Below, one piece after another: positions 12,442-24,008 of a stretch of DNA of 64,000 bases. Below the pieces are notes generated by a model, which saw only the letters and a list, made by a program, of their open reading frames with translations, was not told the origin of the DNA and made no database searches. Source of the stretch: Octopus sinensis. Taxonomy: Eukaryota. Location: NCBI RefSeq assembly GCF_006345805.1, contig NC_043020.1, forward strand, positions 5,890,001 through 5,954,000, written 5' to 3'. Numbering within the stretch: the first letter of the stretch is position 1; each line of letters begins with the position of its first letter. The position numbers were made by a program, and so were the translations under genes.

Positions 12442-15400
12442 TTGTAAGATCATGGTTTCAGTTCCTGGACCAGACAATGTGTTTTGTTCAAGAATACAAC
12501 ACTTCACGTTGCTCCTATGTGTGTGTATGTACGATCGTAAGATTGTGGTTTCAATTCCTGGACTGGGCAATGTGTTCTTGAGCAAAACACTTCACTTCAT
12601 GTTGCTCCAGTCCACTCAGCTGTAGAAATGAATTCAGCCTGGAGAGGGATGGGCTCTGCCAGGCTTTCTCACCTTAGATACACTGCATGACTGCAATAAT
12701 AATAATAATAATCCTTTCTACTCTAGGCACGAGGCCTGAAATTTGTGGAGGAGGGGACTGGTTGATTACATCGACCCCCCCAGTGTTTCACTGGTACTTA
12801 ATTCATTGACCCCGAAAGGATGAAAGGCAAAGTCAACCTCGATGGAATTTGAACTCAGAATGTAAAGACAGATGAAATACTGCTGCACATTTTGCCCGGC
12901 ATGTTAACAGTTTTGCCAGCTCACTGCTTTCATTGTGCATAATTCTTCCATAACCTGCAATTTCATGAACAGCATTCAAATATCTAAGAACTAATACATG
13001 TGCCCCTAGTCAACAGTCTGTATATCATCATCATCATCGTTTTCATGTCCTCTTTTCCCTGATTTGCATCGGTCAGGTGGAATTTATTGAGGCAGATTTC
13101 TATGGCCAGATGTCCTTTCTGTTGCCAACCTCCACTTGTTCCCAAGCAAGCTAACATTTCATCTTGCCCTGTGAATGACACTGCTTGTATAATGACATAC
13201 AATTACAACTATCAACAAAACAAGAGACAAATTCACACACTCTTATCTGATGGGGTTTCCTTCAGTTTCCATCTAACAACTCGTTTCAGGACTACAGTAG
13301 AAAACACTAGCCCATCCATGTACTGCGTAGTGAGACTGAACTCAAAACCATTTGATTGGCAAGCAAATTTCTTATTCACACAGCCTCGTCTGTTTCTATT
13401 ACAATAGCAGATAAATATATTTTTTATTGACCCTGAACAGATAAAAGGCACAGATGGGATTTGAACTCATAATCTAAAGGAAATCAACTAAACAGTCCCT
13501 GTGAAGCGTTTTCTTTAATAGTTCATAGAATCCACTGAAAATTTCTTCAGTGATTCTAAATTATAAAATGTTTTAATTCGGAATTACCTCCCTTTAGTCA
13601 TGTCTGTTGGTGGTTTTTTACCTCTAGGTCTTAATTTAATTCCCTTCACTTATTTCTGACGGAAAAATGAAAAAAATTGAATGAAAGTTGTTCTCAGTCG
13701 TTGATTCTACGAAGAGAATGAAACGGTAGAGCCTGTACCTGCGAAAATAATCTTGCAGTCACATTTCTTTATGTTCCAAGTTAAAATTGACGTTCACTTT
13801 CCTGGGTTAATAAAATGAATTTCTTTTAAGTAAGCTTGCTCCCATAAAATTTCAGGCCTTGTGCCTATAGTAGAAAGGATTATTATTATCATCATTATTA
13901 TGGCAGTGAATTGATAGAATTGTGAAAGTGTCAGATAAAATAAATCAATTTTGGGAGAGGAGACAAGTCAATTACATCAACCCGGGTATTTCACTGGTAC
14001 TTAATTCATTGACCCCAAAAGGATGAAAGGCAAACATTTCGCCCGGCTTGCTGCCTTAATAACAACAATGATATTATTGTAAAAATAATGATTATTATTA
14101 TTAAGGTAGTGAACTGGCCGAATTGTTAGCATGCCACCATAATAATAATAATAATAGTCCTTTCCGTCTTTTAGAATGTGTGGAATCATTATTTATTTTC
14201 TTTCTTTTTAAAATATTTTTCTATTATTTTATTTGTAGATTCTTCTAGAATTATTGACCAGTTTACCTGCATTTGACATGAACCGGGAAGATCGAGATTT
14301 GGTAATTAATCTAATTCATTTACATTTCTTGAGACCCCAATCCCACCATTTCCATTTGATAGGTTGTTGCTGGTTTGCAGTAGACCCACACTCCCAGAAC
14401 ATCCAGGAGTTGTTATTTCAAGGCTAATCCCTTTCCTTGAATCCGAACATCTCATTGTACCTTAAACTTTTTGATAGCACAGGAGTGGCTGTGTGGTAAG
14501 TAGCTTGCTAACCAACCACATGGTTCCGGTTCAGTCCCACTGTGTGGCATCTTGGCCAAGTGTCTTCTGCTATAGCCTCGGGCCGACCAATGCCTTGTGA
14601 GTGGATTTGGTAGATGGAAACTGAAAGAAGCCTGTCGTATATATATATATATGTATATATGTGTGTGTATATGTTTGTGTTTGTTCCTCTAGCATTGCTT
14701 GACAACCAATGCTGGTGTGTTTACGTCCCCGTCACTTAGCGGTTTGGCAAAAGAGACCGACAGAATAAGTACTGGGCTTACAAAAGAATAAGTCCCGGGG
14801 TCGAGTTGCTCGATTAAAGGTGGTGCTCCAGCATGGCCGCAGTCAAATGACTGAAACAAGTAAAAGAGATACCAAGCTGCCTGAGTCTGCCCCTAGTTTT
14901 ATGATGTGAATTCCCTGTTTTAAAAGGATCTAAATAAAGACACACACCCCACACATCAAAATTTCATACAAATTTGTTTCAAACATCACTTTAACAAGGA
15001 CAAGATTATCTTGCTAAATTCTTTGTCTTAAGAATAGGGGGTGGTAGGAGACTACTAAGTAGTATTGATCTGTTTTACCTGTTTCATGCCATCATCATCA
15101 TCATTTAGCATCCATTTGTCCATGCTGGTATGGGTTGGACAGTTTGACCAGGGCTGGTAAGATGAAGGGCTGCACCAGACTCCAGTCTGATTTGGCATGG
15201 TTTTCTATGGCTGGCTGCTCTTCCTAACACCAACCACTGAAACTTTATTTCAACAGAAATATGAAAACCAAAGTTTTAAAGTAATTTAAGTGAAAACCTA
15301 TAAAATTACGGAGATGTACTTGCATAGCAAGTGACCTGATCTGAGATCGTGTGCTAAAACAAAAGCAATTGCATTGTGGAAGGTGTTTATAAGACATTTA

Positions 15401-15781
15401 AAAACACACAAAAACTGTTAGATTCACTTCAGCATTGAAATTTAATGTTCCAAAATATTTTCGAAAATATTTTGGCAAATTAGATTTAAATGCTGAAGTG
15501 AATCTAACGGTTTTTGTGTGTTTTTAAATGGTTCATAAACACCTTCCGCAATGCAATTGTTGTTGCCTTCTATACTCTTTACTCTTTTACTTGTTTCAGT
15601 CATTTGACTGTGGCCATGCTGGAGCACCGCCTTTAGTCGAGCAAATCGACCCCAGGACTTATTCTTTGTAAGCCTAGTACTTTATCGGTCTCTTTTGCCG
15701 AGCCACTAAGTTACAGGGACATAAACACACCAGCATCGGTTGTCAAGTGATGTTTGGGGGACAAACACAGACACACACACA

Positions 15782-15826
<45 letters not shown>

Positions 15827-17385
15827 TATATATGGGGCAAGCGAAATCGAATTGAACCAGCCAGGATCCCTGGTCTGGTGGTACGTAAAAAGCACTATCC
15901 GACTCGTGGCCGATGCCAGCACCGCCTCGTTTGGCTTCTGTGCAGGTGTCACATAAAATACACCAATCCGACCGTGGCCGTTGCCAGCCTCGCCTGGCAC
16001 CTGTGCAGGTGGCACGTAAAAAGCACCCACTACACTCACGGAGTTGTTGGCGTTAGGAAGGGCATCCAGCTGTAGAAACACTGCCAGATAAGACTGGAGC
16101 CTGGTGCAGCCTTCTGGCTTTCCAGATCCCCGGTCGAACCGTCCAACCCATGCTAGCATGGAGAACGGACGTTAAACGATGATGATGATGATGATGATAT
16201 ATACGATGGGCTTCTTTCAGTTTCCGTCTACCAAATCCACTCATAAGAATTTGGTCGGCCCAAGGCTATAGTGGAAGACACTTGCCCAAGGTGCCACAGA
16301 GTGGGACTGAACCCAGTACCATGTGGTTGGGATGCAAGCTTCTTACTACTCCACAACAACATCCAAATCTCCTGGAAATAAACAACAATCCCTAATCCAT
16401 TCCTCTTACCTTAATCCACTCCACTTTAATCCACTTCTCTTACAATAATCCTTCATCTGAAATTTATTCTCTCTCACCGGAACCTTCCATATTGACTTTC
16501 TGTTTGTCTTCATTTTTTTCCAGAAATCTCATATTTTAGAGAACTTTGAAGAGGAAGATTTCAATAAGTGTGTTGACAAGGAAGCTGGCCAATGGTCACC
16601 TGACTTGGTGTCCAATATTTACCACATAGCAATGGAATGCCTACGGGAAAGAAAGAAAAAACGAGTCACTGTTGGAGAGGTAATGTCATTCAATAATACT
16701 TAATCTCAGACACACACATCTATCAATCTATCTCTGTTTCTCTCTCTCTCTTGGTCAGTTCACATTACTCTGTAAGGAGCATAGGCCGAGTGTCCTGGTT
16801 GCTCTGGCATATTATATACATTTCCTCCCTGGATGGGACGCTAGTCTGTTGCAGGATTGTTCACTTTTACCAGATGAGGGCATTGACGCAGTATGAAGTG
16901 AAGTGATTTGCTCAACAACAAGCTGCATCACCTAGTTCAGGAATTGAAACCACAATCTTATAATCAGGAGTCTAACACCTTAACCATTAAGCCATGTACC
17001 TCCACATTTACGCACACACGCACGTTCTTTTATTTATTTATTTATATATGTGTATATATATATATATATACATACACACACCCATCTACACACACACACA
17101 TCTTCTTATATATGTGTGTATATATATATATATGTAAAAAAATACAAACTGGGACAAGAATGCAAAACATTTAAAAGACGATACAAAAAACACGGACGGG
17201 ACAATCGAAGCCTTCAATCTTCAGTCAAGAACCGGATCGTCCTCGCAATTTCGGCTGATTAATCTTGAGATTGCTCCAACCTGGCCAGCCCCAAAGGAAA
17301 ATCTAAGTCAAGCACATTAGATTCCTTGGAAGAAAGCCTCGAATGTATACAAAACAAGGAGGGAAAAACGGACGAGGTTACACAA

Positions 17386-17428
<43 letters not shown>

Positions 17429-18394
17429 TATCTATGAATCTATCTCTCTCTTGTTTAGTCCACATTACTCTGTAAAGAGCATAGGGCTGGTTTCCTGGTG
17501 TATAAATGTTCCTCCCTGGAAAGGATGCCAGTCTCTCATAGAATTACTCACTTTTGCCAGCTGAGTGAACGGGAGCAACATGAAATGAAGTGCTTTGCCC
17601 AAGAACACAACACATCGCCTGCATAGGTTCAATGATTTGACTGAGGTCTGGCGAACCAGATGGCTGCACCAGACTCCAATCTGATCTGGCAGAGTTTCTA
17701 CAGCTGGATGCCCTTCCTAATGCCAACCCCTCCGAGAGTGTAGTGGGTGCATTTACATGCCACTGGCACAAGGGCCAGTCAGCTAGTACTGGCAATGGCC
17801 ACGCTCAAATGGTGCTTTTTATGTGCCACCTGCACAGAAGCCAGTCCAGCAGCACTGGCAATGACCTCGCTCGAATGTTCTTTCATGTGCCACCAGCACA
17901 AGTGCCAGTAAGGTGCCGCGATAGAAAAGATTATTATTTTTATTGAAGCAAACCTGTCAGACCAAATGCTTGGCTTTATTTCATTCAGCTCTTTACATTC
18001 TGTGTTCAAATCCTGCTAAGGTGAACTTTGCCTTTCATCCTCTTGTGGTTAATGTGACTGACTAGCCCCTTCCTACCAAAATATCGAGCTTTGTGCCTTT
18101 ATCAGAAGGAAATTATTATTATTATAACATATGTATATATAATAATTATTATTTGAGGGAATATTATTCCTAACTTACAGGGAAAAATTCAATTTAGAAG
18201 CACTAAATCAAATTTCACAAAATATAAAATATATATAAAAAAATATATCAATTCAAAATGAACAATTATATTACACTATCTAGAAAATTACATATAATAG
18301 AAATATTAAAAATAAAATAATAATATACCAATGATTAAGTAAATTGCAAAATAATAATAAAAACGTATATATTTTGAATTGATAAAAAGTGGTG

Positions 18395-18433
<39 letters not shown>

Positions 18434-19457
18434 CTTACTTGGAAATGGATGCATGGTGTTCGATCATATAATAACATAATATATAAATATATACATACAT
18501 ATATAAACATACCTACATCTTATGGCTGCCCCCTTGTTATCGAGTATGGCCATTGCACAAAGCTTAACTGTTACTGGTGCTGTGATCGAATGTGACTTTT
18601 TAGCCCAGCTAAAGATCTACAATGTCTTGTACAAAATTGGCAGCTAAAATCTATATGTATATATACATGCATATATGGGTACAGGACACCCCAAAAAACG
18701 TTGAACACAACGAGAAACGAAAACAAAAACATAGAAATGGACTTTTTTTCAAACAACGAAAAAACAGAGTACAAGACATACAACACAAGAAATATTCCCC
18801 TTCTTCAGGTGTCCCTGTTTCGTCTACTCCACGTTTCGAAGGTAAGGACAAGACGCGACTTCATTGAAACAGTCCTTCCCGCGAAGCAAATTAAATAAAA
18901 TTTGGGATTTTTTGCAGAGGGGGTAAAAATGGTAACAAAAACAGGACAGTGTTCAAGGTTTTTTTGGTGTCCTGTACCCATATATGCATGTATATATATA
19001 AATATAGATGTAGGTATGTACATATATGTATGTATATATTCATATCTCTTTTACTCTTTTACTTGTTTCACTCATTTGACTGCGGCCATGCTGGAGCACC
19101 GCCTTTAATCGAGCAACTCGACCCCAAGACTTATTCTTTTGTAAGCCCAGTACTTATTCTATCGGTCTCTTTTGCCGAACCGCTAAGTGACGGGGACATA
19201 AACACACCAGCATCGGTTGTCAAGCAATGCTAGGGGGACAAACACAGACACACACACATGCATATATATGTATATACATATATACGACAGGCTTCTTTCA
19301 GTTTCCGTCTACCAAATCCATTCACAAGGCTTTGGTTGGCCCGAGGCTAGAAGGAACTAGCCCAAGATGCCACGCAGTGGGACTGAACCTGGAACCATGT
19401 GGTTGGTAAACAAGCTACTTACCACACAGCCACTCCTGCACCTATTATTTATCTATG

Positions 19458-19492
<35 letters not shown>

Positions 19493-19607
19493 GCTTCTTT
19501 CAGTTTCTGTCTAGCAGATCCACTCACAAGGCTTTTTTTTTAAATTTTAAGTTTTATTTTATTCTTTTCAGATTTTACCGCGTCTTGAGGAATTGAAAAA
19601 CTGCTGA
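5186..19607 (+). CDS. IRAK4: IRAK4/Tube-like Ser/Thr kinase, kinase-domain portion (8 exons; 5' exons not identified)
   Basis: Manual splicing gives one open frame of 896 nt (+1 nt from an upstream exon = 299 codons including stop). It contains GSGGFGSVY, VAVK, the alphaC Glu, HRDIKSANVLLD, GDFATAR, GTSAYQAPE, DSFGFGV and a subdomain XI Arg. The pre-kinase segment YSLLEEITNNFDD matches IRAK4 FYELKNVTNNFDE, and the RD-type HRDIKSAN favours IRAK4 over IRAK1/Pelle (HGDIK). Confidence 0.88.
5858..6290. repeat. (AAT)n tract punctuated by TCTTTTAT / TTATTTTAT
   Basis: Visible directly. Confidence 0.85.
6483..6579 (+). CDS. IRAK4: IRAK4-like exon (VAVK lysine, alphaC helix)
   Basis: tttttctag acceptor; GIEGKEHVAVKRLYDTTNDLVKQYETELNVLK; donor aa|gtaggt; phase 1-2; not in the ORF track. 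Confidence 0.9.
6745..7128 (+). mobile_element. SINE-like family 3 (AGGAAGGGCATCCAGC core, (GAT)n tail) with 63-bp internal tandem repeats
   Basis: GGCACGTAAAAAGC recurs at 6756, 6819, 6882 and 6945 (63-bp period); other copies near 3720, 17620, 28740, 30425, 31250, 32660, 41205, 55790 and 60925. Confidence 0.75.
7590..7935 (-). mobile_element. Decayed RTE-clade LINE 3' fragment
   Basis: Frameshifted translation ILDMFYQDRMRNEGVTKRASMGSLQDIV / RQIRFTGHVF*LLQERHANIMMEWTLERGKRPR... resembles the RTE ORF C-terminus (R.RF.GHV.R...R....M.W....KR.RGRP). Confidence 0.65.
8539..8650 (+). CDS. IRAK4: IRAK4-like exon (subdomains IV-V, gatekeeper/hinge)
   Basis: ttttctag acceptor; FHHENLLPLLGYCCQPKLCIICEYMVNGSVEDRLARK; donor aag|gtgagc; phase 2-0. 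Confidence 0.92.
10378..10487 (+). CDS. IRAK4: IRAK4-like exon (alphaE to catalytic loop HRDIK)
   Basis: ctctctacag acceptor; DQTKPLSVDRRLVIAKGTAHGINYLNSNKVVHRDIK; donor ag|gtttgt; phase 0-2. Confidence 0.92.
10904..11800 (+). mobile_element. Four head-to-tail SINE family 2 copies (GGTGAGCTGGCAGAA head) separated by (ATT)n
   Basis: Heads near 10904, 11151, 11386 and 11621, each with GTTCTGAGTTCAAATTC and TACCAG....CTGGGGTCGA. Confidence 0.72.
11955..12144 (+). CDS. IRAK4: IRAK4-like exon (DFx motif, activation loop, APE, alphaF)
   Basis: catttcag acceptor; (S)ANVLLDRDFIPKVGDFATARPGPMGNNTTAVLTAVVMGTSAYQAPEARLHDISAKLDSFGFGV; donor gtg|gtaagt; phase 2-0. Confidence 0.93.
14239..14301 (+). CDS. 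IRAK4: IRAK4-like exon (alphaF-alphaG)
   Basis: atttgtag acceptor; ILLELLTSLPAFDMNREDRDL (cf. IRAK4 VLLEIITGLPAVDEHRE); donor ttg|gtaatt; phase 0-0. Confidence 0.88.
14477..14869 (+). mobile_element. SINE family 1, full length
   Basis: Head, core, microsatellite and tail as at 1919-2333. Confidence 0.8.
15366..15559. repeat. 194-bp spacerless palindrome (97-bp arms, 9 mismatches)
   Basis: Symmetry axis between 15462 and 15463; perfect 26-bp core CCAAAATATTTTCGAAAATATTTTGG. Confidence 0.9.
15575..16345 (-). mobile_element. SINE family 1 interrupted by a family 3 SINE (about 15842-16198, +)
   Basis: Tail 15575-15770, CA tract, inserted AGGAAGGGCATCC element ending (GAT)n, then core/head 16199-16345. 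Confidence 0.75.
16524..16679 (+). CDS. IRAK4: IRAK4-like exon (subdomains X-XI)
   Basis: tttttttccag acceptor; KSHILENFEEEDFNKCVDKEAGQWSPDLVSNIYHIAMECLRERKKKRVTVGE; donor gag|gtaatg; phase 0-0. Confidence 0.88.
19046..19442 (-). mobile_element. SINE family 1, full length
   Basis: Reverse-complement head, core and tail. Confidence 0.8.
19572..19607 (+). CDS. IRAK4: IRAK4-like terminal coding exon
   Basis: attcttttcag acceptor; ILPRLEELKNC-TGA completes the alphaI helix; AATAAA follows at 19609 and 19637. Confidence 0.75.
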   Translation: MLPRLEELKNC

Positions 19608-19608
19608 C

Positions 19609-19642
19609 AATAAATTAAGTGTAGAATTGAGGATTAAATAAA
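19609..19642 (+). terminator. Candidate polyadenylation signals of the kinase gene
   Basis: AATAAA at 19609-19614 and 19637-19642 directly after the stop codon; in AT-rich DNA these may be chance. Confidence 0.3.
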
Positions 19643-20537
19643 CCACAGAAACAACCTGCTGAATCTCTGCTCCCCAACACCCCACCCCTATTCTACCCAT
19701 CCAATCCAGCCACGACCACTGCCACCGATAATTACTTCTGCTGCTGTTGAAACGCGGACCATAATTTGTTGTTACATAGGAGATGCAAAAAAAAAAAATA
19801 TATATATATATATTTCTTTTTTCTTTTTGTAAGAGAAAAAGGCCTTTTCTCCCTGCAGCTATTTTGACATGATGATAGGGCTCTCGGGTGGCCGTGCCTG
19901 TGGACTCTCTTGACCCTTTGCTCTATAGTCCCCACTGGCCCACCTCCACTCCTGCCAGCCTTTAAAATGTGAAGGTAAGAATCAAAATCAAGAGATAAAC
20001 AAAATCTCTTAAAAACTATAAACAATGACCGAAACAGTATGATTTTATTTCTGTTTATATATAGATAGATATATCATATATATAACACACACGCAAAGAA
20101 ACGAAATATTATGTAAATAATTGAATGCTCTGTGTTGAAACGAACATTTTGGTAAACAGGGATGGACTTCAATCCCAGAGACTTTTCCGCCTGAAAATCT
20201 TTGTAACATCTGCAGTCAGGTTTGTTTGTCCAAAGCCAGACTTGCTTACGATACGAGATCTCATGATGGCATTTACTAATTGCAGACACACAGATTTCTT
20301 TTGTTTAAAAAAAAAAACAAACAAAAAAAATAGTGACTGACACACACACACATATATATATATATATAATATTTTATTTTTATTAAATATAGTTTCATTT
20401 TGTACATATCTTTTGTCTCTTAATTTTCTTCTTTGTTTTTTATATACTTTTTCTGGCAAATAACACGTACTGAAATTGCGTGTAAAAAACCCAAAATGGT
20501 TACACTACATTGTGGATTAATCACGAAAGCTGTTTAA

Positions 20538-20771
20538 CTCATTTGACCTCGCTGGTACATATTTGTACCAGTCAAAAATTTTACAACCCAAATCTTAAAA
20601 ATTGCCATTCTATGTAATGCATTATAGTACTGATCCAATTTTTCTGGTAAGTATGTAGCGCCAGACGTATGAATTGGAGTGTATGACACTATAAGGACAG
20701 CTCAAAAGGCTCACATGATTACAAACCCTGCACTATTACCGATTTTGAGAAAAAATTCCAGGCTGAAAGGG
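20538..20771. mobile_element. Degenerate TTAA-flanked MITE
   Basis: TTAA|CTCATTTGACC...GGCTGAAAGGG|TTAA; imperfect TIRs. Confidence 0.4.
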
Positions 20772-20804
20772 TTAAAACACACTTTCGTTTTCATTTTATA
20801 ATAA

Positions 20805-21204
20805 TCTCTCTCTATATATAAAGCTGAAGTTGTCTGTGTGTGTGTGGCAGGTTTGGTAGCCTTCAACTAACACTATCTCCTCCGAGACCCTGTGGCGCAA
20901 GTTGACCAAAATTGAGAGTATGGTAGAAGAAGGCTTGCTCTTCCTTCCGTAGAAGAAAAAATTCAAATCATACTATGTTAACACCAAAAATTATTTACAT
21001 CAAAAAGGTGCCTTTTTTTTCTATGAAAATCCCTATTTTTTACGATTTTTTGACTGCTGTGTTGCCATTTTTCGGTGTATTTCAACCAGAAAAATGTTTA
21101 CTTAAAGGGAATAACAAGCTACATAATGCAAAATTTTTACTTTTCAAAAATTCCAATTCTAAAGGGTCGAAACAAACCCGAGCAACGCCGGGCGATACTG
21201 CTAG
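20805..21204 (+). mobile_element. Non-autonomous Helitron (Lep1-like architecture)
   Basis: 5' A|TC...TATATATAAAGCTGAAGTTGTCTGTGTGTG; 3' GC-rich hairpin CCCGAGCAACGCCGGG (21177-21192) then CTAG|T; inserted between A and T with no TSD. Confidence 0.75.
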
Positions 21205-22447
21205 TATTATAAACAATTAAATCTCAAAGCATTTTTTTTTTTCGCTTCAACTTGGCTGTTGATTCTCTATGCCTATACACAAAGTAACCTGTATACCTAC
21301 TACCTACATATGTACCTGCTATTTATGTACCTATTATCTGTGTCTATCTACTGTCTTATGTACCTACTACCTACCTACTCATCTATATCTACTTACATAT
21401 CTGCAATCTACTTATGTACCTATACACGTACCTATGTATCAACCTACCTCACAAACCCATCTATCTGTATCATCATTGTTTAATGTTCTCTTTCCTTGCT
21501 GGCATGGGTTGGACAGTTTGACGTGGAGCTGGCCAGCCAGGGAGCTGTCTGTTGTGGCAGTGTTTCTACAGCTGGATGCCCTTCCTAATCCCAACCACTT
21601 TACAGAGTGCACTGGGTGCTCTTTATGTACCACCCGCATGGGTGCACTAATGCAGCACCAACACCTGAAATGACAAGCCTGTATATGTGGAAGACAGTGA
21701 TTTTACTTAGCTTGATGTGTCTTATCAAGTACAGCCAATCACCACATCCCCCAATCCCTTATTTCCTCACCCATCTGCCTATGTACATCATCATCATCAT
21801 CATTTAACATCCGTTGTCCAGTCCACGCTTCCATGGGTTGGCTTGCTGGAAGGCTGCACCAGACTCCAATTTGATTTCACCGCCCTCAGATATTTTAGGA
21901 CCAAGGGCCACATGGACCCCATTTCACAACCACTGCTCTGTATCTACCAATGCATAGAGATTATGCTATCAGGCTTTTAGGATAAAGTTTTCAGAAATAA
22001 CCCAATATGTTTACCATTAATTACATGAAATATTCACAGGTCCAGCTAGTTCATTATAAACATTAACCTTACTCATTAATCTAATTAATCATTACTCATT
22101 AATCTTAAGGAAAATCTTTTGTTATACTCCTGCTTGAAATTTAGTGGCATTGGGTGTGGAAACACAACCACCATACGCTACTGGTTTCTATCTACCAAAT
22201 CCGTTCAACATGGCTTTGGTTGGCCCAAGGATGTTGTAGAAGTTACGTACCCAAGGTGCCATGAGATGGGACTGAACCTGAAACCATGTGGTTGGGAAAC
22301 AAGCTTCTATGTGCCTATACACACACACACACACTTTCTCAAAGATACATGCATATATATATATATTACTTTATATAATTAGGGTTCAGCAAAAAAATTT
22401 GCTTTACCACATACCGAACTTTTAGAAATAGCAGCCAAAGAATTTAG

Positions 22448-22477
<30 letters not shown>

Positions 22478-22481
<4 letters not shown>

Positions 22482-22576
22482 GTCCTTTGCCATAAACTGC
22501 ACCGCAAAATGTGGGAGTAGTTAGGAATCTAAATTGTAGGAGACAGACACACAACTTGACTTTTATATATAAAGAT
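22478..22576 (-). mobile_element. 5' fragment of a related Helitron
   Basis: Minus strand begins ATCTTTATATATAAAAGTCAAGTTGTGTGTCTGTC, resembling the 5' end of the 20805 element; no 3' hairpin/CTAG seen. Confidence 0.4.
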
Positions 22577-22616
22577 ATATATATGGTCTTATGCTATATG
22601 CGCACATATATGTGCG

Positions 22617-23090
22617 TGCGCATGCGCGAAAGTGTGACTGCGCATACGCGAACGTGCGAATGCGTGACTGCCCATGCGTGAACGTGGCTACGCATGCGCG
22701 AAAGTCTAATTGCGCATGCACAAAAATGTGACTGCGCATGCGCGAATGTGTGAGTGCGTATGCGCGAAAGTGTGGCTGCGCATGCACAAAAGTGAGTGCG
22801 CAGGCGCAAAATTGAATGCGCATGCGAGAAAGTGTGACTGCGCGAATGTGTGACTGCGCATGCGAGAAAGTGTTTATGCGCATGCGATAAAGTGTGACTG
22901 CGCATGCGATAAAGTGTGACTGCGCATGCGCGAATGTGTTTATGCGCATGCGAGAAAGTGTGACTGCGCATGCGAGAAAGTGACTGCGCATGCGAGAAAG
23001 TGTGACTGCGCATGCGAGAAAGTGTGACTGCACATGCGAGAAAGTGTTTATGCGCATGCGAGAAAGTGTGACTGCGCATGCGAGAAAGTG
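22617..23090. repeat. 22-bp CpG-rich minisatellite (AAAGTGTGACTGCGCATGCGAG)n
   Basis: About 21 units, 13 with intact TGCGCATGCG; diverged on the left, homogeneous on the right. Confidence 0.9.
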
Positions 23091-23336
23091 TACTTATTTT
23101 ATTTTATTGACCCCAAAAGAATGAAAGGCAAAATAATAATAATAATAATAGTAATAACAAAAACTACAGCAATAATAGTAATAGCAATGACGATGTCACG
23201 CAGTTCTGATTATGATTATGATGATGATGACGGTGATGATGATGATGGTAATAATAATACTAATAATAATGATGATGACGATGTCGATGCAGGAGGAAGG
23301 CATCCACATGGAGAAAAATTAGTTTGCAATATGAAA

Positions 23337-23836
23337 TACTCTTTTACTCTCTTTTACTTGTTTCCGTCATTTGACTGCGGCCATGCTGGAGCACCGCCTT
23401 TAGTCGAGCAAATCGACCCCCAGGACTTATTCTTTGTAAGCCTAGTACTTATTCTATCGGCCTCTTTTGCCGAACCGCTAAGTTACGGGGACGTAAACAC
23501 ACCAGCATTGGTTGTCAAGCCATGTTGGAGGGACGACCACAGACATATACACACACACATATATATATACACACACACATATATATACACACACACACAT
23601 ATATATACACACACACACACATATATATACACACACACACACACACATATATATATACACACACACATATATATATATACACACACACATATATATACAC
23701 ACACACACATATATATACACACACACACACACACACATATATATACACACACACACACATATATATATACACACACACACACACACATATATATATACAC
23801 ACACACACACACACATATATACACACACACACACAC

Positions 23837-23867
<31 letters not shown>

Positions 23868-23902
23868 TATATATACACACACACATATATATACACACAC
23901 AC

Positions 23903-23953
<51 letters not shown>

Positions 23954-23972
23954 CACACATATATATAAATAC

Positions 23973-24003
<31 letters not shown>

Positions 24004-24008
24004 TATAA

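Noticed and set aside
17220-17300. CUGAAGA and GAAA on the minus strand (also 59150-59200 and 18800-18870) as additional hammerheads
   Set aside because: I could not build stems I-III in a valid order; core motifs are misordered or mutated
22563-23079. 160-aa repetitive ORFs (AVTLSRMR..., HAQSH...)
   Set aside because: Translation of the 22-bp minisatellite; no start context or splice support
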